A stretch of DNA of 64,000 nucleotides, from the NCBI GenBank assembly GCA_950097015.1, contig CATNEN010000012.1, positions 1,550,001 through 1,614,000 of the forward strand. The letters are read 5' to 3'. This document shows positions 26,164 to 38,700 of this stretch, one piece after another (the stretch's first letter is position 1; the number at the start of each line of letters is the position of its first letter). The notes beneath the pieces are model-generated. The model saw nothing but the letters and a program-made list of their open reading frames with translations, did not search any database and had not been told where the DNA came from. This DNA comes from Macrostomum hystrix (taxonomy: Eukaryota > Animalia > Platyhelminthes). The position numbers and the translations under genes were made by a program.

Positions 26164-27146
26164 TGTAATATTCTATAATAGAATTTAGTTACTCAATGCT
26201 TTACTTTCTAGATCTCTGTAATATTATAAACTCAAAGTCAATCGTAACGACAAAAAGCGAAAGATTAGAATTTTTAAATACAGGCTCCAATAATTCCACC
26301 CAGTTGTACAGCAAAGGCGAAATGTTTATGTTTGCTAGAATTTGTGGGATTATTGAGACGAGACTTAAAGCAGAAGACCTGAGGACGTACGGAATTAGCG
26401 TATTTTTTTATTCTACAAGCTATCCATGTTAGTCTGTCAAAAGCATGATGATTACTAGTGAAGGAAATATGTTCTAGGAAAAAAGAGTAAACAATATTAA
26501 AAGTGCACTGAAGATGCCTCAATAAATAATAGAAGCAATACTACGTAATAACCGTCATGCAAGCGAAAATTATTAGCATTTAAAGTCAGGACAATTGTCA
26601 AGTTAGTTTAATTGATTAGCTGTTTTTTATTAATGGTTCATGGCAAATTTTCTTGTTTATTTAAAGAATTGATAAAAATTATGATATACTATAATAAAAC
26701 TAGTAAAATTTGTTGTTTTTTTAACGCATTTGATTTGTTATGTTTAAAAGTATATGTTCTAGAAATTCTATGAACTCGAAATTAATTATTAATTCCTTGA
26801 ATTGTTAACATTTCTTGCGTTTTCATACAATGAAACTGTAAATTGTGTACAATGATGCAGCTGAAGATTATGTTGACGCTCTTGTGACTTCAACTAAAGC
26901 TTGTGCTGGAACTGGCCATAATAGTGACTTTTCAGTTAGGCTAACGGTTTACTTCACTTAACTTAATAAAGTTATTAAATTTATTCATACATCATTCATA
27001 CTTTTACTCTAAGCAGCGCTTTTTATTTCATACAATACTTTTTGCACTACTTCATAGTGTTATAATAATTGTAGCATGTAAGACAGAATTTTTCTCATTT
27101 AGCCTCATTTTTGTCCGAAACTAAAACCATAACTACCACATCGAAA
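26164..27146. promoter_or_regulatory. Shared divergent (bidirectional) promoter and 5'UTR region of NELFA and SBF
   Basis: The two ATGs (26163 minus, 27147 plus) are 983 bp apart. No TSS or core motif identified. Confidence 0.55.
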
Positions 27147-30100
27147 ATGAGTAGATTAGCTGATTATCTCGCAATTTTCGGATACAACTTTGATGCAGCA
27201 GCTCGTAAGTAGCAAGTTTCTTTTTGCATATTGCTGCGTATATATTTCTGTCTAAGCCTATTTATTTACCATTTTCTCAAATCTGAAATTTTTAATCAAA
27301 AGAGAATCCGAACCAAACCAAAAGCATTCTTAAAACTAAGGCTAGGGACGTACTATTTGCCTAAGCATTTCGTAGTAAAGTAGTAAAATAATAATAAATG
27401 CAAGAATGTGCATATCAGCTAACCCTGTATATTTTATTATAAATGTTAATTTTAAGCCTATTTTTGCAAATTTGTAAAGTAAAAAAATTATGAAACATTT
27501 CTGTAATAAAAAGCTTTGTAGCTATTACTTTATTAAACAACTTTTTAAACTCAAGTACATATTTTGTGTAGCAATTGGTTTAAATAAGGCAATCACAATT
27601 AAAAAAACTATAAACAATAAACAAGAAGTGGAATAATTTGATTGCTAATTGAGATAAATATTGTAATTTTGATGTTTCAGTCTGCTCTGGAGGAGTTTCT
27701 GTCACTTGTTTTTTTCTAATTAGTTAGGCCCCTATTTTGTTAGGCAAAATAATAGTTTTGATAAAAAGTAAATAATATAATTGTTATAACGAGAGCAGTA
27801 AAAGTTACATGTTAAATGTTAAGATAATCAACATATTATTTAATTCAAGAATACTTTTATAAACTAGCTTCATTGCCATTAGTAATAGGCCCTAACCGAA
27901 TTTTCATTTATTTTTAATTAAGTTTTTGTATTTAAGCTCATTTATTTAGCCGCTATTAAAAAAAAGATATAACAAGGTATGTCCAGAAAAAGTATTACTC
28001 TTACAAGTACATTGGAGATGTTTCATAAGTTGCATTGACACAAGCAGCTATTTGATGCATTTTTAAAGCTTTTGAAATTGATTTGTACTGTAATCCATTT
28101 GGATTCATATTTAAGAGATAGCTGCATTTAATTAGGCCCATAGAAGGAGATCAGTCATAGAGAATACAGAAGTTCACATGTCTAAACAGGTCCAATTATT
28201 AGCAAATTGAAACGGCAAATAAAATATTATGATTGGTTTTTTAACTACTTGCATATGTTTGAGGATATCAGGCTTCTCTTTCCCTTGCCTCTTTTCATGA
28301 ATTCCATTAAATTCCATGTTCAAATTCCAAATTCAATTCCAAATTCCACATGTTCCATGTCATTCTACTTTTAACTTTTATTGTATTTAAAAACATTTTT
28401 TTGACAAAAACCTAGGCCGTGCCGAAGAGTCCTGCGGTGGCCAACTAATCCAGCGTTTTCCAGCCACCAATTGGGACGATTTCGCATTCGTTGAGCACCA
28501 AGAGCTGTTCTGTCAGCCCTGCGGCTGGCACCTGACTAGTCGGCCGCAGCCGCCAACATTCTTTGTGCATACATTCACATCTGAGAGTGGCGCCCAGTGC
28601 TATGCGGCCATGTTTAACTTCTATGAGCCGGTTAGTTCGCAGCAGAAGCTGCTCTGCCTTGGTCGGCGGCCATCTCTGGGCCTGTCTTCTGAGTCACTAA
28701 CCGATGAGCACAATTTAGAATCGCAACAGTCTGGCCCGGATCCGCACCTGGTTCGGCCAGCCGATCTGTATGCGCCAAAGAGTCTAGTCCTGCTGTCTAG
28801 GCACGACTGTCCTGATGTTCTTCGCGACTGCCTGGCCGTCATCTACACGGCCTACGTTGACGGCTCGGCGCGCCGGGAGGAGGGCCAACTCGAGCGCATT
28901 GTTGGCAACCTGCTCGGCGGTGTCATTGTTAGCAGTCACGTGCCGACTAGGTTCAGCATATCAGCTCACGATCATCAGGCAAGGATTTTCATTGCCTTAG
29001 CTTGATAAATGACTATGCTGAACCAAACTCATTCCATGGATTGTAATAATATGATCATTTAATACAGTAGACCCGCAGTAAGCGACAGGCAATTCTACCC
29101 AGTCCACAGCCTCCTGAACACAGAGTTTTTCATTGTCCAGCAGTTTAAACTTTCACTGTTTCTTAGAAGCTGACCCTCAAATTGCACCACAAGCCCCCAA
29201 AGGAAGGCTTTGAGTAGTGTCTTTGAGCTATTCGCTAGTGCTTCAGTCCACCCAACTGTAAAGTGGAGGCCAGCATTAGCTGGGGTAGAAATTAGGGTGG
29301 GTGTCGCGGCCTTCCCAGTCCATGGACTGAACAGCTGTGCAACTTTACAAATTTATCTCTATCTACGTGAGAATTAATGATTTAGAAGTATAGATTATTA
29401 GATAAGTAATTAGCCCACCTGAGAATCAAGGTTAAATCCCAACTCGCAAACATATGCCGTTCTCGCAGATTGTGCGCCCGCCTCTGTGTCCGGATGTGCC
29501 AGTCAGCGGATCCTCGGTCACTCTGCTATTCCGTCAGCTGGGCATTCACAACTGTATCCTGCTGGTGACGGCACTGCTCACTGGCTGCCGGGTGGCCCTA
29601 TTTTCCAATAGCTATGCCAGGCTCACCTCAGCGTGCAGAGCGCTGAAGGCTCTGCTTTATCCCTTTCATTAGTGAGTGCCTATAGAACACGAACTGTCAC
29701 TGGGTTCGCTTGCAATCGTCATCACTTAATGTGTATTACTCAGTCCCTCCACCTCATTATTTACCTAGCCTCCTCCACTTTTTCATTCTCCTCAACCCAG
29801 CCTCCTCCACTTAATCATTTCTCCCGACCCAGCCTCCTCCGCTTCATCATTCTCCTCAACCCAGCCTCCTCCGCTTCATCATTCTCCCGACCCAGCCTCC
29901 TCTGCTTCATCATTCTCCCCAACCCAGCCTGATCTGCTTCGTCATTCTCCCCAACCCAGCCTGATCTGCTTCATCATTCTCCCCAACCCAGCCTGATCTG
30001 CTTCATCATTCTCCCCAACCCAGCCTGATCTGCTTTATCATTCTCCCCAACCCAGCCTGATCTGCTTCATCATTCTCCCCAACCCAGCCTGATTTGCTTT

Positions 30101-33100
30101 ATCATTCTCCCCAACCCAGCCTGATCTGCTTCATCATTCTCCCCAACCCAGCCTGATCTGCTTCATCATTCTCCCCAACCCAGCCTGATCTGCTTCATCA
30201 TTCTCCCCAACCCAGCCTGATCTGCTTCATCATTCTCCCCAACCCTGCCTGATCTGCTTCGTCATTCTCCCCAACCCAGCCTGATCTGCTTCATCATTCT
30301 CCCCAACCCAGCCTGATCTGCTTTATCATTCTCCCCAACCCAGCCTGATCTACTTTATCATTCTCCCCAACACAGCCTGATCTGCTTCATCATTCTCCCC
30401 AACCCAGCCTCATCTGCTTTATAATTTTCCCCAATCCAGCCTCATCTTCATCATTCTGCCCTCTAACTGTTTCCCATCCGCAGCGAGCACACCCTGGTGC
30501 CCATCCTGCCGAAGCCTCTGCTGGAGTACGTGAACGCCATGGTGCCATTCCTCTACGGCATTCACGGCTCTTTGAAGAGTCACGTGGACGCCATGGAGGC
30601 CGTGTTCGACCTCATCTGCGCCGACCTGGACCTTGGCTGCGTTCACGAAAAATGGTCCGGCAGTCAGTCGTGCGTAACACAGATATCCGACAGCACCCTG
30701 AGACCAGTGATTAGCGACATCACCACTGTGAGTTTGTGCTGCTCTTAAATTTAGTGCTGATGGCATAACACCTTTCATGGGGGCTAGATTTGTTATTTCT
30801 CACCCTTCCTAGCTGTGAGATTTGTGAGTCCGTCACCTTCCTATGGGTGAGATTTGTGAGGCCATCACCTTCCTATGGGTGAGATTTGTGAGGCCATCAC
30901 TTCCTATGGGTGAGATTTGTGAGGCCATCACTTCCTATGGGTGAGATTTGTGAGGCCATCACCTTCCTATGGGTGAGATTTGTGAGGCCATCACTTCCTA
31001 TGGGTGAGATTTGTGAGGCCATCACTTCCTATGGGTGAGATTTGTGAGGCCATCACTTCCTATGGGTGAGATTTGTGAGGCCATCACTTCCTATGGGTGA
31101 GATTTATGAGGCCATCACTTCCTATGGGTGAGATTTGTGAGTCCGTCACCTTCCTATGGGTGAGATTTGTGGGCCATCGCCTTCTTATGCGGGAGATTTG
31201 TGAGGCCATCACTTCCATGGGTGAGATTTGTGGGGCTTTCACTTCCTATAGGTGAGATTTGTGAGGCCATCACTTCCTATGGGTGAGATGTGTGAGGCCA
31301 TCACTTCCTATGGGTGAGATTTGTGGGCCATCACTTCCTATGGGTGAGATGTGTGAGGCCATCACTTCCTATGGGTGAGATGTGTGAGGCCATCACTTCC
31401 TATGGGTGAGATTTGTGGGCCATCGCCTTCTTATGCGTGAGATTTGTGAGGCCATCACTTCCTTTGGGTGAGATTTGTGGGCCATCGCCTTCTTATGCGT
31501 GAGATTTATGATGCCGTCACTTCCTGTGGGTGAGATTTGTGGGCCATCGCCTTCTTATGCGTGAGATTTATGAGGCCAACACTTCCTGTGGGTAAAATTC
31601 GTGGGGTGAGATTTGTGAGGCTATCGCTTTCCTAGTCTGTCACGCTCTTCATAAATGAGATCAGTTTTTAAGTACATCTATTATATTTATGCTTGTCACT
31701 ATTTAATGCATTGAATCTAAATATGCCATCAAATCTTAAATTCATCAGCTGAATGCGCAATAGTTTTTTTAGCATGATTTATGATTGCGCAAATGGCACT
31801 TATTTGTAATATATATATTTAATATTTCTATCTTGCAGCTAGGAGGAAAAAATTGGTTTCAATGTGTGTCCTGTGTTTTGTGTTTCTGGTCTAGCTGGGT
31901 CTGTGCGGTCTGTGTGTTGCAGTGTTTGATGGCCATCTGCTTCTGGTCAAAACGATTTCCGTTTCACCAGTCGGTGCGCCCCTCCAATCTATTGGCTTTA
32001 TTTTCTGTGCCCCTATCTGACCCACCCCTGCCACCGCTGCTGCTGCTGCCGCTGCTGCTGCATGCAACCGTTCCAGCCCCACTGACCCGAACATTTATTC
32101 TTGCCCAACTGCTATTCAGGTTTTTATAACGTTATATTTCTGCTGCTAACTATTCGTTCATAACTTCTAACATTTCTGCTTGTTTTCTTTTTAGCCTTTT
32201 CGGCGAAGCTTTTCTACTCGGATATAAACAAACTTGAATAGACTTTTGTACACCCAGGGAATATCAAGCAGGGATCTTGTACACCTTGGGGAACATCGAG
32301 CTGGGATCTTGTACACCTTGGGGAACATCGAGCAGGGATCTTGTACACCTTGGAGAACATCTAGCTGGGATCTTGTACACCTTGGGGAACATCGAGCTGG
32401 GATCTTGTACACATTGGGGAACATCGAGCTGGGATCTTGTACACATTGGGGAACATCGAGCTTGGATCTTGTACACATTGGGGAACATCGAGCTTGGATC
32501 TTGTACACCTTGGAGAACATCGAGCTGGGATCTTGTACACCTTGGAGAACATCGAGCTGGGATCTTGTACACCTTGGGGAACATCGAGCTGGGATCTTGT
32601 ACACATTGGGGAACATCGAGCTTGGATCTTGTACACCTTGGAGAACATCGAGCTGGGATCTTGTACACCTTGGGGAACATCGAGCTGGGATCTTGTACAC
32701 ATTGGGGAACATCGAGCTTGGATCTTGTACACCTTGGAGAACATCGAGCTTGGATCTTGTACACCTTGGGGTAAATCGTGCTGGGATTTTCTACACCATT
32801 TGGAACATCGTCCATCGATCTGGGATTTTAGACACCATAGAAAACAACGATCTAGGATTTTTGAACACCGTGGGGGACACGGAGATGGGATTTTGTACAC
32901 CTAGAGAGCCGGCATTAATAGAACACTTTCACCTTCCAATGACCGTCTCGCCCCTTCAATTATCAGGTATTGAATCCCAGCGTTTTAACGGCCGACTATG
33001 CATTTCCGCCATCGTCAGCTGCGTCGGCAGCGGCAGCTACCGGCTTACCAGCTGACGATCCGGGATCAGCGCCAGCAGGTGGAGCCGCTGCGGACTCGCT

Positions 33101-35699
33101 GGAGCTGCAGTGTCGCAGGCTAGCTGGCAGAGACGATTGGATTGACAAGCAGATTAGGGCGGTATTTATTAGGATGTACAGCGAACTGCTTAACGGCTAT
33201 CGATCATGCCTATCGATTAGTCGAGTCTTGCCCGAGAATGTCATCTCGTTTCACAAGGTTTGCGAATATCAGTTTTGTACTGTACTATCTATGCATACAT
33301 ATTTTTAGTTTGGGACTAGCACACTAAGCCCCCCTTTGGGGGGCACTACTGTTCAAACAAAAATATTGTGTAATGCAGAAGGACAAAATAAACCTGAAAG
33401 CAAACAAAAATGAAAACTCATGTCGTCAGTATTAATTTCCCTGATTGCAAATATACACTCGTATGTGATTGCGATTCAACGAAAATTTGAATTCTCACTA
33501 AATACAAAAATAGTCTGTCTGAGACATTCAGTCTGTACACCAAGAGCCCCATCGGGGCAAAATTACACAAGTAACTTACGTTTGATACAACTCAGCTTAA
33601 TGCTACTTAAGTACATGTGAAAACTATCCCCTCAGCAGTAAAAAACCAGTGTCTCCCCAGCTGCAGAGAAGTAATTCCCCCCCCAGCAGCAGAGCAGTAA
33701 TTCCCCCCCCCAGCAGCAAAGCAGTAATTCTCCCCCCCCAGCAGCAAAGCAGTAATTCCCCCCAGCAGCAGAGCAGTAATTCCTCCCCAGCAGCAAAGCA
33801 GTAATTCCCCCCCCCAGCAGCAAAGCAGTAATTCTCCCCCAGCAGCAGAGCAGTAATTCCCCCCCCCAGCAGCAGAGCAGTAATTCCCCCCCCCAGCAGC
33901 AGAGCAGTAATTCCCCCCCCCCCCAGCAGCAGAGCAGTAATTCCCCCCCCCCAGCAGCAAAGCAGTAATTCCCCCCCAGCAGCAAAGCAGTAATTCCCCC
34001 CAGCAGCAGAGCAGTAATTCCTCCCCAGCAGCAGAGCAGTAATTCCCCCCCCCCAGCAGCAGAGCAGTAATTCCCCCCCCCCAGCAGCAGAGCAGTAATC
34101 CCCCCAGCAGCAGAGCAGTAATTCCCCCCCAGCAGCAGAGCAGTAATTCCCACCAGCAGCAAAGAATACTGGTAAACCCACTTAGAAAACTGTTAAACAC
34201 TTTTAGAAAACTTGTAAACACATTTAGAAAACTGGTAAACACATTTAGAAAGCAGTTAATCCACACTTAGAAAACTTTTAGACACATTTAGAGAACTATA
34301 AAACACATTTAGAATACCGAAACCCAGTTTTAGAAAACTGTTAAACACGTTTAGAATACTGTAAAACAAATTTAGAATACTGGTAAACACATTTAGAAAA
34401 CTGTTAATTAAAAACATTTAGAATACTGGTAAACACATTTAGAATACTGGTAAACACATTTAGAAAACTGGTAAACACTTTTAGAATACTGGTAAACACA
34501 TTTAGAAAACTGTTAAAAACATTTAGAATACTGGTAAACACATTTAGAATACTGGTAAACACATTTAGAATACTGGTAAACACATAAAATAAACTGTTAA
34601 AAACATTTAGAATACTGGTAAACACATTTAGAATACTGGTAAACACATTTAGAATACTGGTAAACACATTTAAAATACGGTTAAAAACATTTAGAATACT
34701 GGTAAAAACATTTAGAAAACTGGTAAACACTTTTAGAATACTGGTAAACACATTTAGAATACTGGTAAAAACATTTAGAATACTGGTAAACACTTTTAGA
34801 ATACTGGTAAACACATTTAGAATACTGGTAAACACATTTAAAAAACTGTTAAAAACATTTAGAATACTGGTAAACACATTTAGAATACGGTTAAAAACAT
34901 TTAGAATACTGGTAAAAACATTTAGAAAACTGGTAAACACTTTTAGAATACTGGTAAACACATTTAGAATACTGTTAAAAACATTTAGAATACTGGTAAA
35001 AACATTTAGAATACTGATAAACACTTTTAGAATACTGGTAAAAACATTTAGAATACTGGTAAACACTTTTAGAATTCTGGTAAAAAAAAACATTTAGAAT
35101 ACTGGTAAACACTTTTAGAATACTGGTAAACACTTTTAGAATACTGGTAAACACTTTTAGAATACTGGTAAACACATTTAGAAAACTGGTAAACACTTTT
35201 AGAATACTGGTAAACACATTTAGAATACTGGTAAAAACATTTAGAATACTGGTAAACACTTTTAGAATACTGGTAAACACATTTAGAATACTGTTAAAAA
35301 CATTTAGAATACTGTTAAAAACATTTAGAATACTGATAAACACTTTTAGAATACTGGTAAACACATTTAGAATACTGTTAAAAACATTTAGAATACTGGT
35401 AAAAACATTTAGAATACTGGTAAACACTTTTAGAATACTGGTAAACACATTTAGAATAGGCCCTACAGGTAAACACATTTAGAATACGGGTAAACACATT
35501 TAGAATACTGGTAGTAAACACATGTAGAAAACTGTAGGACATTTAAAAAACTGTTGGACATTTAAAAAACTGTTGGACTCTTTTCTCGATTGAAATTTTG
35601 TTAAAGATTTGATGATTTATATGTTGTAGTAAGAAAGGAGTAGATGTCTCAATATATCGTTGAATTGAAGTCTGCTATGCACATTTTACCTATTCAAAT

Positions 35700-35736
<37 letters not shown>

Positions 35737-38700
35737 GTGAGAAAAGCTGTGATGTAATCTATTTATAAATTCGCACTGACTGTCTCGCCAGTGGGGTTGA
35801 CATAGCTATGTACATTTGACACAGTGAAATTCTTATCAGTGTACTCACTTTTAACGAAACTGGCCCTGATGCAATCATTAAAATTGGCAGCGAAATGCAC
35901 GTTGACAAAACTGGCTCTGATGTAATGCATTAAAAATGCTATCTAAAACAGTTTTTCGAATATTTAATCCCCTTGGCAATGGAATTAAGCTTAATAAAAT
36001 TACGTGTATATGTGTCCCCATATTTGGCATCTTTTGGTGAAGAAATGGTGAAAATCGGTTGAGCCGTTCGGGAGAAAATCAATTACAACCAAGTAACCAA
36101 CCATTTCATTTTTAGTATATAAAAAAAAAAAGATCATTTTTAGTATATTAGAAGAAGAAGATATAAGCAAGTTTTGCCCCCCTTCGGGGAGCAGAAATAT
36201 TTTGATTTCGTCCAGTATACACTTTTTAGCAGCTGCATTTTCAGCCTTTTTACGCTACAATGATCAGTTGACAATGATCCCCCAGTTGATAAAGATCCCC
36301 CAGTTGACAATAATCCCCCAGTTGACAATGATCCCCCAGTTGACAATGATCCCCCCGTTGACAATAATCCCCCAATTGATGATGATCACGCAGTTGATTA
36401 TGATCCCCCAGTTGACAATAATCCCCCAATTGATGATGATCACGCAGTTGACAATGATCCCCCAGTTAATGATGACTCCCCATTGATGATAATCTCCAGT
36501 TGACAACGTTCCCCCAGTTGACAATGTTCCCACAGTTGACAATGATCCCCCAGTTGATGATGATCAACAAGTTGACAATGATCCCCCCAGTTCACAATGA
36601 TCCTCCGGGTGATGATAAACCCCCAGTTGACAATGATCCCCAGTTGACAATGATCCCCCAGTTGACATTGACAATGATCTCCCAGTTGACAATGATCCCC
36701 CAGTTGACAATTATCCCCCAGTTAACCATGATCCCGCATTTGATGATGACTCCCCAGTTGACAATTATCCCCCAGTTGACAACTATCCCCCCGTTGACAA
36801 TGATCCTCCAGTTGACAATTATCTCTCAGTTGACTATGATCCCCCATTGATGGTGATCCCAGTTGACAATGTTCCCGCAGTTGAACATGATCCCCTAGTT
36901 GACAATGATCCCCTAGTTGATTATGATCCCGCATTTGGTGATGTTTCCCCGTGACAATTATCCCCCAGTTGACAATTATCCCCCAGTTGCCAATGATCCT
37001 CCAGTTGACAATGATCCCCCAGTTGACAATTATCCCCCAGTTTACCATGATCCCCCAGTTGACGATTATCCACCAGTTCTGGTTTAGCAATGATTCAAAC
37101 GCTGGGTTAGCCATGATTCAAACTCTGGTTTAGCCATGATTCAAACTCTGGTTTAGCCATGATTCAGAATCTAGTTTAGCCATGATTCAGACGCTGGTTT
37201 AGCTATGATTCAAACTCTGGTTTAGCCATGATTCAGACGCAGGTTTAGCTATGATTTAAACTCTGGTTTAGCCATGATTCAGACGCAGGTTTAGCTATGA
37301 TTTAAACTCTGGTTTAGCCATGATTCAGACTCTGGTGTAGCCATGATTCAGACTCTGGTTTAGCCATGATTCAGACTCTGGTTTAGCCATGATTCAGACT
37401 CTGGTTTAGCTATGAGCCATGATTCAGACTCTGGTGTAGCCATGATTCAGACTCTGGTGTAGCCATGATTCAGACTCTGGTTTAGCCATGATTCAAACTC
37501 TGGTTTAGCCATGATTCAGACTCTGGTTTAGCCATGATTCAAACTCTGGTTTAGCTATGATTTAAACTCTGGTGTAGCCATGATTCAGACTCTGGTTTAG
37601 CTATGATTCAAACTCTGGTTTAGCCATGATTCAGACTCTGGTTTAGCCATGATTCTGACTCTGGTTTAGCCATGATTCAGACTCTGGTTTAGCTATGATT
37701 CAGACTCTGGTGTAGCCATGATTCAGACTCTGGTTTAGCCATGATTCAGACTCTGGTGTAGCCATGATTCAGACTCTGGTTTAGCCATGATTCAGACTCT
37801 GGTTTAGCTATGATTCAAACTCTGGTTTAGCCATGATTCAGACTCTGGTTTAGCCATGATTCAGACTCTGGTTTAGCCATGATTCAAACTCTGGTTTAGC
37901 CATGATTCAGACTCTGGTGTAGCCATGATTCAGACTCTGGTTTAGCTATGATTCAAACTCTGGTTTAGCCATGATTCAGACTCTGGTTTAGCCATGATTC
38001 AGACTCTGGTTTAGCCATGATTCAGACTCTGGTTTAGCCATGATTCAGACTCTGGTGTAGCCATGATTCAGACTCTGGTGTAGCCATGATTCAGACTCTG
38101 GTTTAGCTATGATTCAAACTCTGGTTTAGCCATGATTCAGACTCTGGTTTAGCCATGATTCAGACTCTGGTTTAGCCATGATTCAGACTCTGGTTTAGCC
38201 ATGATTCAGACTCTGGTGTAGCCATGATTCAGACTCTGGTTTAGCCATGATCCAGACTCTGGTTTAGCCTTGATTCAGACTCTGGTTTAGCCATGATTCA
38301 GACTCTGGTTTAGCCATGATTCAGACTCTGGTTTAGCCATGATTCAGACTCTGGTTTAGCCATGATCCAGACTCTGATTTAGCCATGATTCAGACTCTGG
38401 TTTAGCCATGATTCAGACTCTGGTTTAGCCATGATTCAGACTCTGGTGTAGCCATGATTCAGACTCTGGTTTAGCCATGATTCAGACTCTGGTTTAGCTA
38501 TGATTCAAACTCTGGTTTAGCCATGATTCAGACTCTGGTTTAGTCATGATTCAGACTCTGGTGTAGCCATGATTCAAACTCTGGTTTAGCCATGATTCAG
38601 ACTCTGGTTTAGCCATGATTCAGACTCTGGTTTAGCCATGATTCAGACTCTGGTTTAGCCATGATTCAAACTCTGTTTTAGCCGGTGTGCTATGATTTAT

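Larger units (their letters stand above)
33316..36161 (-). mobile_element. Non-autonomous Helitron E3 (about 2.85 kb), filled with minisatellites
   Basis: 5' TCTTCTTCTTCTAATATACTAAAAATG at 36161, with a second 5' start at about 36133. 3' perfect hairpin GCCCCCC-AAA-GGGGGGC (33344-33328), 8-nt spacer, CTAG (33319-33316), then T. The 5' module is similar to 39095-39255 and 48455-48740. Confidence 0.75.

Noticed and set aside
31785-32129. Short ORFs with a poly-Ala/Leu patch in SBF intron 4
   Set aside because: SBF exons 4 and 5 join in frame without it, and no convincing splice sites or homology were seen.
29765-32790. CRISPR-like appearance of the 31-32-bp repeats
   Set aside because: Units are directly adjacent with no unique spacers, no cas genes are present, and the context is eukaryotic introns.
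32191-37133. Many repetitive ORFs (CTRS, LLLCCWGG, VFTSILN, LTMIPQ)
   Set aside because: Translations of tandem arrays in SBF introns and non-autonomous Helitrons.
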